This document shows positions 39,428 through 47,841 of a stretch of 64,000 bases of DNA, piece after piece. A model generated the notes under the pieces. It had not been told where the DNA came from. It saw only the letters and a list, made by a program, of their open reading frames with translations, and searched no databases. The stretch comes from Burkholderiales bacterium. Its GTDB lineage: Bacteria > Pseudomonadota > Gammaproteobacteria > Burkholderiales > SG8-41. The position numbers were made by a program, and so were the translations under genes. Where the stretch lies: the NCBI GenBank assembly GCA_050741255.1, contig JBOIEQ010000003.1, positions 2,213 to 66,212 on the forward strand. Direction: 5' to 3'. Each line of letters begins with the position of its first letter. Position 1 is the stretch's first letter.

Positions 39428-39520
39428 GCGCCGGGGTCAGGCCCGGCGGTGAAAAAAACCGCCGGGGTTAAATCCGGGTATAAAAAAAGCCACCGGGGTT
39501 AAACCCGGTGGTGCCCAAAA
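39428..39520. repeat. Three tandem hairpin + A7 modules (CCGGGG-loop-CCCGG cores) in the prfA-prmC spacer
   Basis: Module 1: CGCCGGG-gtcagg-CCCGGCG + A7. Module 2: CCGGG-gttaaa-TCCGG + A7. Module 3: CCACCGGG-gttaaa-CCCGGTGG. Modules 2 and 3 share the core CCGGGGTTAAAYCCGG. Confidence 0.7.
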
Positions 39521-39629
39521 CGGGCGGGAGGGAGCTTGATCGCTGATCGCGAGTGACAAGCCGAGTTTAGGAATCTCCTCCGGTCTTCTCCATTCCTCAG
39601 ACGGACTAAGCCTTTCCGCATAGACCCGC

Positions 39630-40445
39630 ATGCCCACACTCGACGACGCGATCAGGGACAGCGGTTTGCCGCCGGTGGAAGCGCGATCGCTCGCGGCCGC
39701 GGTGCTGCGCTGCACGCGGACGCAACTGGTGATGCGCGGCCCGGAGACCCTTGATGCGGGAGCCGTGTCCGGCCTCGACGCATTGTTCGCGCGCCGCCGC
39801 GCGGGCGAACCCGTGGCCTATCTCACCGGCGAACGCGAGTTCTACGGCCTGCCGTTCCGGGTCACCCCCGCGGTGCTGATCCCGCGCCCCGAAACCGAAC
39901 TGCTGGTCGACTTCGCGCTGGAGACGGTGGGCGAGACGCGGGGCGCCCGCGTGCTCGACCTCGGCACCGGCAGCGGGTGCATCGCGATCGCCATCGCGCA
40001 TCGCCGTCCGCAGGCGCGGGTGATGGCGGTCGACCGCAGCGATGCGGCACTGGCGGTGGCGCGTGCGAACGCGCAGGTGCTGGGCGCGGACAACGTGCAG
40101 TTCGCGCAGGGCGACTGGTTCGCGGCGCTCGGTGCGACCCGCTACGACCTGATCGTGGCCAACCCCCCGTACGTGGCGGCGGGTGATGCGCATCTGACGC
40201 AGGGCGACCTGCGCTTTGAACCGATGGCGGCGCTCGCCTCCGGCCCGGACGGGCTCGACGCCATCCGCGCGATTGTGTACGCGGCGCCGGCGCACCTCGA
40301 AGCCGGCGGCTGGCTCGCTTTCGAACACGGCTACGATCAGGCGGAAATCGTCCGTGAACTGCTGGCACGGACCGGGTTCAAAGTAGTGTTCTCGCGGCGC
40401 GATCTGGCCGGGATCGAGCGGATTTCCGGGGGGCGGCTTTCTTGA
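39630..40445 (+). CDS. prmC: Release factor glutamine N5-methyltransferase
   Basis: 271 aa. SAM motif VLDLGTGSGCIAIA; catalytic NPPY (IVANPPYV). Confidence 0.92.
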   Translation: MPTLDDAIRDSGLPPVEARSLAAAVLRCTRTQLVMRGPETLDAGAVSGLDALFARRRAGEPVAYLTGEREFYGLPFRVTPAVLIPRPETELLVDFALETVGETRGARVLDLGTGSGCIAIAIAHRRPQARVMAVDRSDAALAVARANAQVLGADNVQFAQGDWFAALGATRYDLIVANPPYVAAGDAHLTQGDLRFEPMAALASGPDGLDAIRAIVYAAPAHLEAGGWLAFEHGYDQAEIVRELLARTGFKVVFSRRDLAGIERISGGRLS

Positions 40446-40513
40446 CGCTGTCGGCCCTCAACCATTAAACTTAAGCCCGATGGATTTACTCAAGTATTAA
40501 TTCAGCCCCTGAT

Positions 40514-40834
40514 TTGGAGAACGCACGGATGAGTACCCAGGACGTCATCAAGCAACAGGTCACCGGCCACAAGGTCGTGCTGTACATGAAGGGTTCGCCC
40601 GATTTTCCGCAATGCGGATTTTCTGCGAACGCGGTCAACATCCTGCGCGCGTGCGGCGTGGACCAGCCGTTCACCGTCAACGTGCTGGAAAACCCGGACA
40701 TCCGGCAGGGCATCAAGGAATACGCGAACTGGCCGACCATCCCGCAGCTCTACGTGGACGGCGAATTCGTCGGCGGCTCGGACATCATCACCGAGATGCA
40801 CCAGAGCGGCGAACTGCAAAAACTGTTCAAGTAA
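40514..40834 (+). CDS. grxD: Monothiol glutaredoxin (Grx4 family)
   Basis: 106 aa. VVLYMKGSPDFPQCGFS active site; WPTIPQLYVDGEFVGG. Confidence 0.95.
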   Translation: MENARMSTQDVIKQQVTGHKVVLYMKGSPDFPQCGFSANAVNILRACGVDQPFTVNVLENPDIRQGIKEYANWPTIPQLYVDGEFVGGSDIITEMHQSGELQKLFK

Positions 40835-40852
40835 CTCGGCGTTACCTCGCAG

Positions 40853-40884
40853 AAAAAACTCCGCCCATGGCGGAGTTTTTTTTT
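40853..40884. terminator. Bidirectional intrinsic terminator between convergent grxD and a Bug gene
   Basis: AGAAAAAA-CTCCGCC-cat-GGCGGAG-TTTTTTTTT. Confidence 0.85.
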
Positions 40885-40895
40885 CGTACGTGGGG

Positions 40896-41864
40896 CTACT
40901 GCGCGATCTTCGCGCCGGCGAACACACCACGCCACTTGTCGAGGTCGCTGCGGATGAGCTTGGCGAATGCCTCCGGTGTGGACGGCGCCGCATTCAGCCC
41001 TTGCGCTTCCAGCGGTTTGTTCACTTCGGCGTCGGCGAGCGCCGCGACCATCTCGCGATTCAGCCGCGTCACCAGGGTCGGTGGCGTGCGCGCCGGCGCC
41101 AGCAGGCCGTACCAGAACGTGGCGTCGTAGCCCGGCACACCCGCCTCCGCGAACGAGGGTACGTTGGGTAAAGTGGGATCGCGCTTCAGGCTGGTGACGG
41201 CAATCGCCTTCACCCGCGTGCCGCCGAAGCTCTTGATCGTCGTAACCGTCACGAACGCGAGCTGTACCTCGCCACCGATCAGATTGGTCACCATCTCGCT
41301 GCCGCCCTTGTACGGCACATGCACGATGTCGAGTTTCGCGAGCTTTTTCAGCAGCTCGCCGCCGAGATGGCCGGCCGAGCCGTTGCCCGGCGAGGCGTAA
41401 TTCAGGGCACCGGGTTTCGCACGCGCGAGGGCCAGCAGTTCGGGTACCGTCTGCGCCGGCAGCGATGGCGTCGCGACCAGCACGTTGCAGAACGTGACCG
41501 CGATGCCGATCGGGGCGAAGTCCTTGATCGGGTCATACGCGAGCTTGGTGCCCATCGCCGGGCTGATCGTGAGCGGACCGACCCCGCCCCAGAACAGCGT
41601 GTAGCCGTCCGGCGCGGCCTTGGCGACCGTATCGGCCGCGATGTTGCCGCCGGCGCCCGCGCGGTTCTCGACTACGAAGTTGACGCGGAGGCTGTCGCCC
41701 ATGCGGCGCGCAATGGCGCGGGCGGAGGTGTCCGAGGAGCCGCCGGGCGCGAACCCCACCGCCAGCCGTATGGGTTTGGTCGGGTATTCATCGGCGGCAA
41801 GGGCCCCGGTTGTCAGCAGGGTGAACGCGCATAGCGCGAACACCGGTGGTCGGCAGAACATCAT
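40896..41864 (-). CDS. Bug/TctC-family substrate-binding protein
   Basis: Signal peptide plus YPTKPIRLAVGFAPGGSSDTSARA. Confidence 0.9.
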   Translation of the reverse strand: MMFCRPPVFALCAFTLLTTGALAADEYPTKPIRLAVGFAPGGSSDTSARAIARRMGDSLRVNFVVENRAGAGGNIAADTVAKAAPDGYTLFWGGVGPLTISPAMGTKLAYDPIKDFAPIGIAVTFCNVLVATPSLPAQTVPELLALARAKPGALNYASPGNGSAGHLGGELLKKLAKLDIVHVPYKGGSEMVTNLIGGEVQLAFVTVTTIKSFGGTRVKAIAVTSLKRDPTLPNVPSFAEAGVPGYDATFWYGLLAPARTPPTLVTRLNREMVAALADAEVNKPLEAQGLNAAPSTPEAFAKLIRSDLDKWRGVFAGAKIAQ

Positions 41865-42637
41865 CAGTCCGTTTCCTTCAGAAAATCGAGCAGGTGGCCG
41901 GCTACTGTGGCCGGGGATTCGAGCAATACGCTGTGCTTCAGACCGGGCAGCACGATGAACTGCGCGTGCGGCATGCGTTCGGTCATTGCCTTTGACATGC
42001 GCGGCGTGGAGCCCGCGTCGAGTTCGCCGGTCATGACCAGGGTGCGGTGCGGTATGCGGTGCAGTTCGTCGATGAGATCGCTCTCTGCCAGCACGCGATA
42101 GGCCGCCGCGTAGCAGTGCGGGTCGTTCGCGCGGCTCGCGCGCTTGCGTTTCTCGATGACCTCCGGATGCGCGGCCTGGAAAGTTTTCGTGAACCAGCGG
42201 TCCACCGCGGCATCGAGATGGCCTTCCGCGCCGCCGGCGGCGAGTGCATCCGCGCGGGCGCGCGCCTTCGCGCTTTCCACCGGCGTGCGTGCGCCGATGG
42301 CGCTGATCAGGGCGAGCCGGCCGACACGCGCCGGCTGCGCGAGCGCCAATGCCTGCGCGATGAGCCCGCCGAGCGAGAATCCCGCCACGTCGGCCGTGGC
42401 GAGACCGAGATGATCGAGCAACGCGAGGTGATCGTCGACGAAATCCCGCAGCGCGTAAGGTCCGGGCAGCTTCGTCGACGCGCCGTGTCCGCGCAGGTCA
42501 TAACGGACCAGGCGAAAGTGCGGGCGCAGCCGCTCGACGACGCTGTCCCAGCTGTCGAGCGCGCCCCCCACGCCGTGGATCAACACCAGCGGCGGGCCTC
42601 TGCCTTCGATGACGTGGTGCGGAATGAAGTGAGTCAT
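41864..42637 (-). CDS. Alpha/beta-fold hydrolase (3-oxoadipate enol-lactonase-like)
   Basis: 257 aa. PPLVLIHGVGG; nucleophile elbow GFSLGG; C-terminal His region LPGLKHSVLLE. Confidence 0.8.
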   Translation of the reverse strand: MTHFIPHHVIEGRGPPLVLIHGVGGALDSWDSVVERLRPHFRLVRYDLRGHGASTKLPGPYALRDFVDDHLALLDHLGLATADVAGFSLGGLIAQALALAQPARVGRLALISAIGARTPVESAKARARADALAAGGAEGHLDAAVDRWFTKTFQAAHPEVIEKRKRASRANDPHCYAAAYRVLAESDLIDELHRIPHRTLVMTGELDAGSTPRMSKAMTERMPHAQFIVLPGLKHSVLLESPATVAGHLLDFLKETD

Positions 42638-42679
42638 GAATGCTGCTGCCGGCGCGGGACGCGGTACTGCGCATGCGCG

Positions 42680-44119
42680 TCAGGTGCTCCGCACCAGCCG
42701 GCGCACCGCGTGGCTGGCCACGACGCGGCCGTCCCGGGCGTAGCCTTCGTGGTTTTCCTCGATTTCGTCGAGCGGGTACACGTAATTGACCATCAGGCCG
42801 GCTGCGCGCGCGAGGCCGCGGCGGCTGGTGTCCGCGAGCCAGTGCACGCGCTCGAGCCGCGCGCCGTTGCCGAGATGGAAACGCGCCACCGGATCGAGTG
42901 GCCGTTCGTGCTGTTTTTCAGCAAGGAGGTAGCGCGCGGCGAGCGGCGGCAGCACCGGCGCGAGCGCGGCGACGATCTCCGGATGCTGGTGCCAGTCTTC
43001 CTGGTCGAGGAGCACGCCGAGAGCCGCCGCCGGATCGCCCTTGCGGGCCGCCGCGCAGATGGCATCGGCGGCGGTGGCGGGAACGAGCGAAGGATCCTGC
43101 ACAGCGACGCGGCCGTTGAGCCAGCGTCGGAAGTCCGGCAGCGGCGACAGCGTGACGAAGGTGTCGAGTTTCGGCAGCTCACTTTTCAACAGTTCCACCA
43201 CGCGCTTGATCAGGAAGCCGCCGAAGCTCACGCCGCGCAGCCCCTTCTGGGTGTTCGAGATCGAGTAGAACACCGCCACCTCCGCGCGCGCCGGGTCGGC
43301 GGCGGGCTTGGCTTCGTCGAGCAGGTCGTGGACGCTGGACGCAATGTCGCGCGTCAGCGCGACCTCCACGAACACCAGCGGCTCGTCGGGCATGCGCGGA
43401 TGAAAGAAGGCGTAGCAACGGCGGTCGGAATCCAGCCGGTGGCGCAGGTCCGTCCACGAGCGGATTTCGTGCACCGCCTCGTAGCTGATCAGTTTTTCCA
43501 GCAGCGAAGCCGGCGAGTCCCAGGTGATCCGTTCGAGACGCAGGAAGCCGACGTCGAACCAGCGCACAAACAGGCCGCGCAGCTCGTCGTCGAGGGTGGC
43601 GAGCTCGGGGTGCTGGTCGACGAGCCGCAGCAGGTCGGTGCGCATGTCGACGAGGAACTTCACGCCGTCGGGCAGCGAGTTGAAGTGCGTGAAGATGCGG
43701 CTGCTCGGCGCGGCCAGCGTGCGGCGCAGTGCCAGCGCCGCGCTACGCGCGGCGCGCGGGTCCGCGGCGGAATGGTACTGCGCGATCGCCAGCTCCACGC
43801 TCGCCCCGTCAGGGCCATAGCGTTCGAGCAGCAGCTCGAAGAAAGCGTGTTTGCCGGCATCGGACAGCGTTGCGTAGATGGCCGCGATCTCCGCGGCGCG
43901 GTCGCGCGCGGAGATTTCGCCGCCGGCGCCGCGCGCACTGTCGTCGAGGATCTGGCGCAACTGCAGCGCGGTGCGCGCTGACAGCGGGCGGGTTTCCTGA
44001 AACGGCCCCTTGAGCCGCCGCCACAGCGAGCGCAGACCGAACCCGCTGCGGGGTTCCGCGACGGCGGCGCCCTCGACGGGAGTCGAGGGGGTCGGTTGAT
44101 TGGTGCGGTCGGTGGGCAT
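42680..44119 (-). CDS. Malonyl-CoA decarboxylase
   Basis: 479 aa. FYSISNTQKGLRGVSFGGFLIKRVVELL and LSPLPDFRRWL are hallmark MCD sequences. Confidence 0.85.
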   Translation of the reverse strand: MPTDRTNQPTPSTPVEGAAVAEPRSGFGLRSLWRRLKGPFQETRPLSARTALQLRQILDDSARGAGGEISARDRAAEIAAIYATLSDAGKHAFFELLLERYGPDGASVELAIAQYHSAADPRAARSAALALRRTLAAPSSRIFTHFNSLPDGVKFLVDMRTDLLRLVDQHPELATLDDELRGLFVRWFDVGFLRLERITWDSPASLLEKLISYEAVHEIRSWTDLRHRLDSDRRCYAFFHPRMPDEPLVFVEVALTRDIASSVHDLLDEAKPAADPARAEVAVFYSISNTQKGLRGVSFGGFLIKRVVELLKSELPKLDTFVTLSPLPDFRRWLNGRVAVQDPSLVPATAADAICAAARKGDPAAALGVLLDQEDWHQHPEIVAALAPVLPPLAARYLLAEKQHERPLDPVARFHLGNGARLERVHWLADTSRRGLARAAGLMVNYVYPLDEIEENHEGYARDGRVVASHAVRRLVRST

Positions 44120-44219
44120 CGGCGTGAGGCGCTTCTTCGGCTACCATCCACCGTAAAGCAAAAACATGACTTGTGCCAAGGGTCTCCGTTCGATTTTCGC
44201 AGTGCAAAGGAAACATTCG

Positions 44220-45224
44220 ATGGGTAAGCAACATGCGCAACACTCGTGGGCCTGGCTGTTGGGCGCGGCCGCGTTCTGCGCCGCCACCGGCGCCGGCGCG
44301 GCCGATTCCCCGGCCGGCACGGCGGCCAGCTATCCGAACCGCCCCATTCGCATCCTGGTGCCGTTCTCGGCCGGCAGCGCTTCCGACATCTTCGCGCGCA
44401 CCGTGGGCGCACGCATGACGGAGGCCTGGAACCAGCAGGTCGTCGTCGACAACCGGCCGAGCGCCGGCGGCGTCATCGCGACCGAAGCGGTGGCGCGCGC
44501 CACGCCCGACGGCTACACGCTGCTCGTCGTGTCGGCGGGGCACGCGGTGAGCGCGGCGCTCTACACCAACCTGCCGTACGATCCGGTGAAGGACTTCGCC
44601 GGCGTGTCGAATCTCGCCAACGTGCCGAGCATCATGGTCGTGGCGCCCGGCAGCGGCATCCGCAACGTCAAGGACCTCATCGCGGCGGCGAAGGCGAAGC
44701 CGGGCGAACTGGCCTACGCGTCACCTGGCATCGGAAGTGCGAATCACCTGGCCACGGAATACTTCAGGAATCTGGCCGGCGTGCAGATCACGCACGTGCC
44801 GTACAAGGGCATACCCGAGGGGCTGACGGCGGTCATCGGCGGGCAGGTGACGCTGTTCCTCGCGCCGGCGGTGAACGCCCTGCCGCTGGTCAAGGACGGC
44901 AAGCTGCTCGCCATCGCCACCTCCACCGGCAAGCGCGCGGCGGTGCTGCCGGACGTGCCGACGCTGGCCGAGGCCGGCGTGCCCGGCTACGTGTTCGATC
45001 CGTGGTTCGCGATGCTGGCGCCGGCGGAGACGCCGCGGCCCATCGTCGACAAGCTGAACGCCGTGGTGGTGCGCGCGCTGTCGCTGCCGCAGGTCAGGGA
45101 ACGGCTGCTGGCGGCGGGCGCGGAGGCGGCGCCCACGACACCGGAGCAACTCGACAAACACATCCGCGCCGAAGTCGCGAAGTTCAAGAAGATCGTGCTG
45201 GACGCCGGCATCAAGCCGGAATGA
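44220..45224 (+). CDS. Bug/TctC-family substrate-binding protein
   Basis: ATG at 44220 after AAGGAAA. Signal peptide; YPNRPIRILVPFSAGSASDIFART. Confidence 0.9.
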   Translation: MGKQHAQHSWAWLLGAAAFCAATGAGAADSPAGTAASYPNRPIRILVPFSAGSASDIFARTVGARMTEAWNQQVVVDNRPSAGGVIATEAVARATPDGYTLLVVSAGHAVSAALYTNLPYDPVKDFAGVSNLANVPSIMVVAPGSGIRNVKDLIAAAKAKPGELAYASPGIGSANHLATEYFRNLAGVQITHVPYKGIPEGLTAVIGGQVTLFLAPAVNALPLVKDGKLLAIATSTGKRAAVLPDVPTLAEAGVPGYVFDPWFAMLAPAETPRPIVDKLNAVVVRALSLPQVRERLLAAGAEAAPTTPEQLDKHIRAEVAKFKKIVLDAGIKPE

Positions 45225-45233
45225 GGCGCCGGC

Positions 45234-46112
45234 TCAGTTGCTCCACAGCCCCCAGCCGTACTGCGCGAGCAGCGCCAGCGCGATGCACAGCAGGAAGCCC
45301 TTGACCCAGCGCCGGTAGGTCTGCGCGTCCAGGCGGTCGCGCACGCGCACGCCCGCCAGCGCCGCAGCCACGGCCACCAGCACCAGCGGCAGCGTGGCGA
45401 GCCACAGCGAGGCGCCGACCATGCCGCTGGCGGCGAGCACGCTGAACTGCGTCAGCTTGCCCACCACGAAGCACAGATTGAGCCCCTGCACGAAGGCCGC
45501 CGGCGTGAGCCCCAGCGCCGAGTAGTACATGATCAGCGGCGCCGCGGCCACGTTGGCGGTGGCTTCGCAGGCGCCGCCGACGAAGGACGCCGTGAGGCCG
45601 AACGCCACGGGATGCCGGCGCACCGCCGGTGATTCGCCGAAGCCCAGGCGGTCGAGCGCGAGCCACAGCAGGATGATCAGCGCCAGCACCAGCGAGTACG
45701 GCGCCTCCGGCGCGGCCACGAACACGACGCCGCCGATGAACGCGCCCACCAGCATGCCGAGCGGCATGAACCAGAAGCGCCGGAACAGTTCGCGCAGCGG
45801 CGGCCCCAGGACCACGTTGAGGATGACCGCCGCGAGGCAGGGCAGCAGGATCAGCACGATCGCCTGCTGCATGCCCAGCCAGAGGGCGATGAGGGGCGTG
45901 GCGATGGTGGGAAAACCCAGTCCGAGCGAGCCTTGCATGAAGCCGGCCACCGCGATGACCGTGCCGATCGCGAGCCACCCGAGCAGGGGGATGCCGTCGA
46001 AGCCGGCGATCAACGCGGAGATCCGTGATACTGCACCGGGCGATTGTAATCGGCCCGCGCCGGCGATTTCCGTCTGGACAGCGGGACCTCCGCGCCGCAA
46101 TACTCGGCGCAT
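45234..46112 (-). CDS. TauE/SafE-family (sulfite exporter-like) polytopic membrane protein; start uncertain
   Basis: Gly-rich TM segments (AGFMQGSLGLGFPTIATPLIAL..., FVGGACEATANVAAAPLIMYY). The track start at 46112 would abut the divergent GMC start at 46111. An in-frame TTG at 46013 is an alternative. Confidence 0.6.
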   Translation of the reverse strand: MRRVLRRGGPAVQTEIAGAGRLQSPGAVSRISALIAGFDGIPLLGWLAIGTVIAVAGFMQGSLGLGFPTIATPLIALWLGMQQAIVLILLPCLAAVILNVVLGPPLRELFRRFWFMPLGMLVGAFIGGVVFVAAPEAPYSLVLALIILLWLALDRLGFGESPAVRRHPVAFGLTASFVGGACEATANVAAAPLIMYYSALGLTPAAFVQGLNLCFVVGKLTQFSVLAASGMVGASLWLATLPLVLVAVAAALAGVRVRDRLDAQTYRRWVKGFLLCIALALLAQYGWGLWSN

Positions 46113-47712
46113 GCGCGCCGGAACGTACGACTACGTGATCGTCGGCGCCGGTTCCGCCGGCTGCGTGCTGGCGAACCGGCTGACGGCTAGCGGCCGCTAT
46201 TCCGTGCTGTTGCTGGAAGCGGGGCCCGTGGACCGCAACCTGTGGATCCATCTTCCGATCGGCTATGCGAAGACGATGTTCCATCCCGTCTACAACTGGC
46301 GCTTCCACACCGAGCCCGAAGCGTGGATGAACGACCGCAAAATCTACTGGCCGCGCGGGCGCGGGCTGGGCGGTTCGTCCTCCATCAACGGGCTGATCTA
46401 CGTGCGCGGCCAGCGCGAGGACTACGATCACTGGGCCGCGCTCGGCAACGCGGGCTGGGGGTTCGACGACGTGCTGCCGTACTTCATCCGCAGCGAGAAC
46501 AATTCGCGCGGGGCGGACGGGTACCACGGCAGCGACGGTCCGCTGGCCTGTTCCGACATCGGCGAGACGCATCCGCTGATGGAGGCGATCATCAAGGCCG
46601 GCGGCGAACTCGGCGTGCCGCGCAACGACGATTTCAACGGCGCGCGGCAGGAGGGGGTCGGTTACTACCAGTTGTTCACGCGCAACGGCTGGCGCTGCTC
46701 GACGGCGGTGGGTTACCTCAAGCCGGCACGCCACCGCGCCAATCTGCGCGTGGAAACGGACGCGCACGCGACGGCAGTGCTGTTCGAGGGTGCGCGTGCG
46801 ACGGGGGTCCGGTACCGCCGGCACGGTGTCGTGCACGAGGCCCATGCCGCGCGTGAAGTCATCCTCGCCGCGGGCGCGCTGCAAACGCCGCAACTGCTGC
46901 AGTTGTCCGGGATCGGCGCCGCGGAAGTGCTGGCGCCGCACGGCATCGCCGTGCGCCATCATTTGCCGGGCGTTGGCGAGAACCTGCAGGACCACCTGCA
47001 GGCGCGCGTCATGTTCAAGGTCACGCGGCCGATCACCACCAACGACGCATTGCGCAGCCCGTGGGCGCGCTTCCGGATGGGCTGGCAATGGCTCACGCAG
47101 CGCACCGGCCCGCTCGCCATCGGCATCAACCACGGCGGCATGTTTACGCGCGCGCTGCCCGGGTCGGTGACGCCCGACATCCAGTTTCATTTTGCGGCGT
47201 TGTCCGCGGAGATGGCCGGCGCGGCGACGCATCCGTGGTCCGGATGCACGTTTTCCGTCTGCCAGTTGCGGCCGACCTCGCGCGGCACGGTGCGCCTCCA
47301 GTCGCCGGACCCGCTGGCCGCCCCGGTGATGCGGGCGAACTATCTGTCCACCGAGCTCGATTGCAAAACCATGGTCGAAGGCGTCCGCTTCGCGCGCAAG
47401 CTTGCGCGCGCGCCGGCGCTGGCGCCCCTGATCGGCGAGGAGTACCGGCCGGGTGCGGGCGCGCAGAGTGACGACGAAGTGCTCGGATTCGTGCGCAACT
47501 ACGGTGCCACGATCTTCCATCCCGTCGGCACCTGCAGGATGGGCGCCGACCCGCTGGCCGTGGTCGATGCCCGGCTGCGCGTGCACGGCATCGGTGCGCT
47601 GCGCGTGGTGGACGCCTCGATCATGCCTTCGCTGGTGTCCGGCAACACGAACGCGCCAGTGGTGATGATCGCGGAAAAGGCGGCCGACCTGATTCTCGGC
47701 GACGCGCGTTAG
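46111..47712 (+). CDS. GMC-family FAD oxidoreductase (choline/alcohol dehydrogenase-like)
   Basis: Internal ATG of track ORF 45529..47712. YDYVIVGAGSAGCVLANRL; GMC signature GGSSSINGLIYVRG; C-terminal NTNAPVVMIAEKAADLI. Confidence 0.9.
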   Translation: MRAGTYDYVIVGAGSAGCVLANRLTASGRYSVLLLEAGPVDRNLWIHLPIGYAKTMFHPVYNWRFHTEPEAWMNDRKIYWPRGRGLGGSSSINGLIYVRGQREDYDHWAALGNAGWGFDDVLPYFIRSENNSRGADGYHGSDGPLACSDIGETHPLMEAIIKAGGELGVPRNDDFNGARQEGVGYYQLFTRNGWRCSTAVGYLKPARHRANLRVETDAHATAVLFEGARATGVRYRRHGVVHEAHAAREVILAAGALQTPQLLQLSGIGAAEVLAPHGIAVRHHLPGVGENLQDHLQARVMFKVTRPITTNDALRSPWARFRMGWQWLTQRTGPLAIGINHGGMFTRALPGSVTPDIQFHFAALSAEMAGAATHPWSGCTFSVCQLRPTSRGTVRLQSPDPLAAPVMRANYLSTELDCKTMVEGVRFARKLARAPALAPLIGEEYRPGAGAQSDDEVLGFVRNYGATIFHPVGTCRMGADPLAVVDARLRVHGIGALRVVDASIMPSLVSGNTNAPVVMIAEKAADLILGDAR

Positions 47713-47841
47713 ACGCGTGCGAGTGGCGCGGCGCGTCGCACCGTGCATGCTATGATGATTTCATAATGGTGCATGGGTGCGAAACGCGCGCACTATCGCG
47801 CGGTGCCAGTATTCAACCGGTATTCAACGTACGGGGAGACG

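Noticed and set aside
39437-39715. 92-aa minus-strand ORF across the prfA-prmC spacer
   Set aside because: It is built from the hairpin/A-tract repeats and overlaps the prmC start. It has no RBS or coding-like composition.
42047-43981. 644-aa plus-strand ORF
   Set aside because: It is antisense to malonyl-CoA decarboxylase and the alpha/beta hydrolase, both of which have hallmark motifs.
45211-47748. 845-aa minus-strand ORF
   Set aside because: It is antisense to the GMC oxidoreductase, which carries the GxGxxG and GGSSSINGLIYVRG signatures, and out of frame with the TauE-like gene. The product would be an Arg-rich pseudo-protein.
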